A stretch of DNA of 63,995 nucleotides, the filler included, from Rhabdomonas costata (taxonomy: Eukaryota), in the NCBI GenBank assembly GCA_019059605.1. It is 31 parts of 31 records of this genome, joined end to end, with 100 filler letters (N's around TTAATTAATTAA, not from the genome) between each part and the next. Parts side by side here need not be neighbours in the genome. Positions count along the whole stretch, not along the records: positions 62,030 to 63,995 come from JAHMHO010006899.1; 30 more parts are not named here. One strand, given 5' to 3'. Position 1 is the stretch's first letter. Each line of letters begins with the position of its first letter. The position numbers were made by a program, and so were the translations under genes. Of this stretch, positions 63,761 to 63,995 are shown piece after piece. The notes under the pieces are model-generated. The model searched no databases. It worked only from the letters and a program-made list of their open reading frames with translations, and was not told the origin of the DNA.

Positions 63761-63995
63761 GTCATACGTTTGCCTTGTGGTAGATGGGTGATGGTGAAGT
63801 GTATGGAGTCCGAAAAGGAACCAAAAGGGATGTGATGGGATGGCTAGCATGCTCACGTTGTACGTTGTGTGTTAAGACAAAGCGAAAGCTTCCGTGCCCC
63901 AGTGACAATGGAACCCATTTCCATTCCAGTGCATCTCTTTCATGAAAGCACGGAGACTCTTCCATGAAATTCACATCCGAAGCCGCCATCATCAT

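Noticed and set aside
1..63995. Uniform 2-kb pieces with GT-rich ends as nanochromosomes or minicircles
   Set aside because: Genes are cut mid-exon or mid-intron, the ends have no fixed repeat unit, and the uniform size fits a length-sorted assembly.
105..63995. Most ORFs in the supplied six-frame track, including those ending in X-run-LIN
   Set aside because: They are antisense or off-frame shadows of GC-rich exons, read-throughs into introns, or run into the artificial linker.

Overview
This is not one continuous locus. It is 31 unrelated contigs of about 1.97 kb each, apparently length-sorted, joined by artificial N-TTAATTAATTAA-N linkers, so no cross-contig synteny can be inferred. Many contigs start with G/T-only and end with C/A-only sequence, and one carries part of a GenomePlex/PicoPLEX-type primer, which points to a whole-genome-amplified (probably single-cell) library. 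The DNA is nuclear DNA of an intron-rich protist using the standard genetic code. Recognisable gene fragments are a DDX5/DBP2-like helicase, cytoplasmic dynein-1 heavy chain, a NEK kinase, a REX1-like exonuclease, V-ATPase subunit a, a divergent proteasome beta-2 subunit, a stefin, an exostosin-like glycosyltransferase, and proteins with MORN, ankyrin, C2, LamG, CW-finger, Cache-like, Ig-like and Aly/REF-type motifs. Splice donors are unusual (pyrimidine at +4, some GC donors), which is compatible with Euglenozoa but does not prove it. I found no complete multi-gene novel system. The best leads are a dispersed structured non-coding repeat on three contigs, palindromic/foldback repeats, the divergent beta-2 subunit, and a decayed intronless PD-(D/E)XK-like relic. 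All protein assignments are by eye from motifs; no searches were run.
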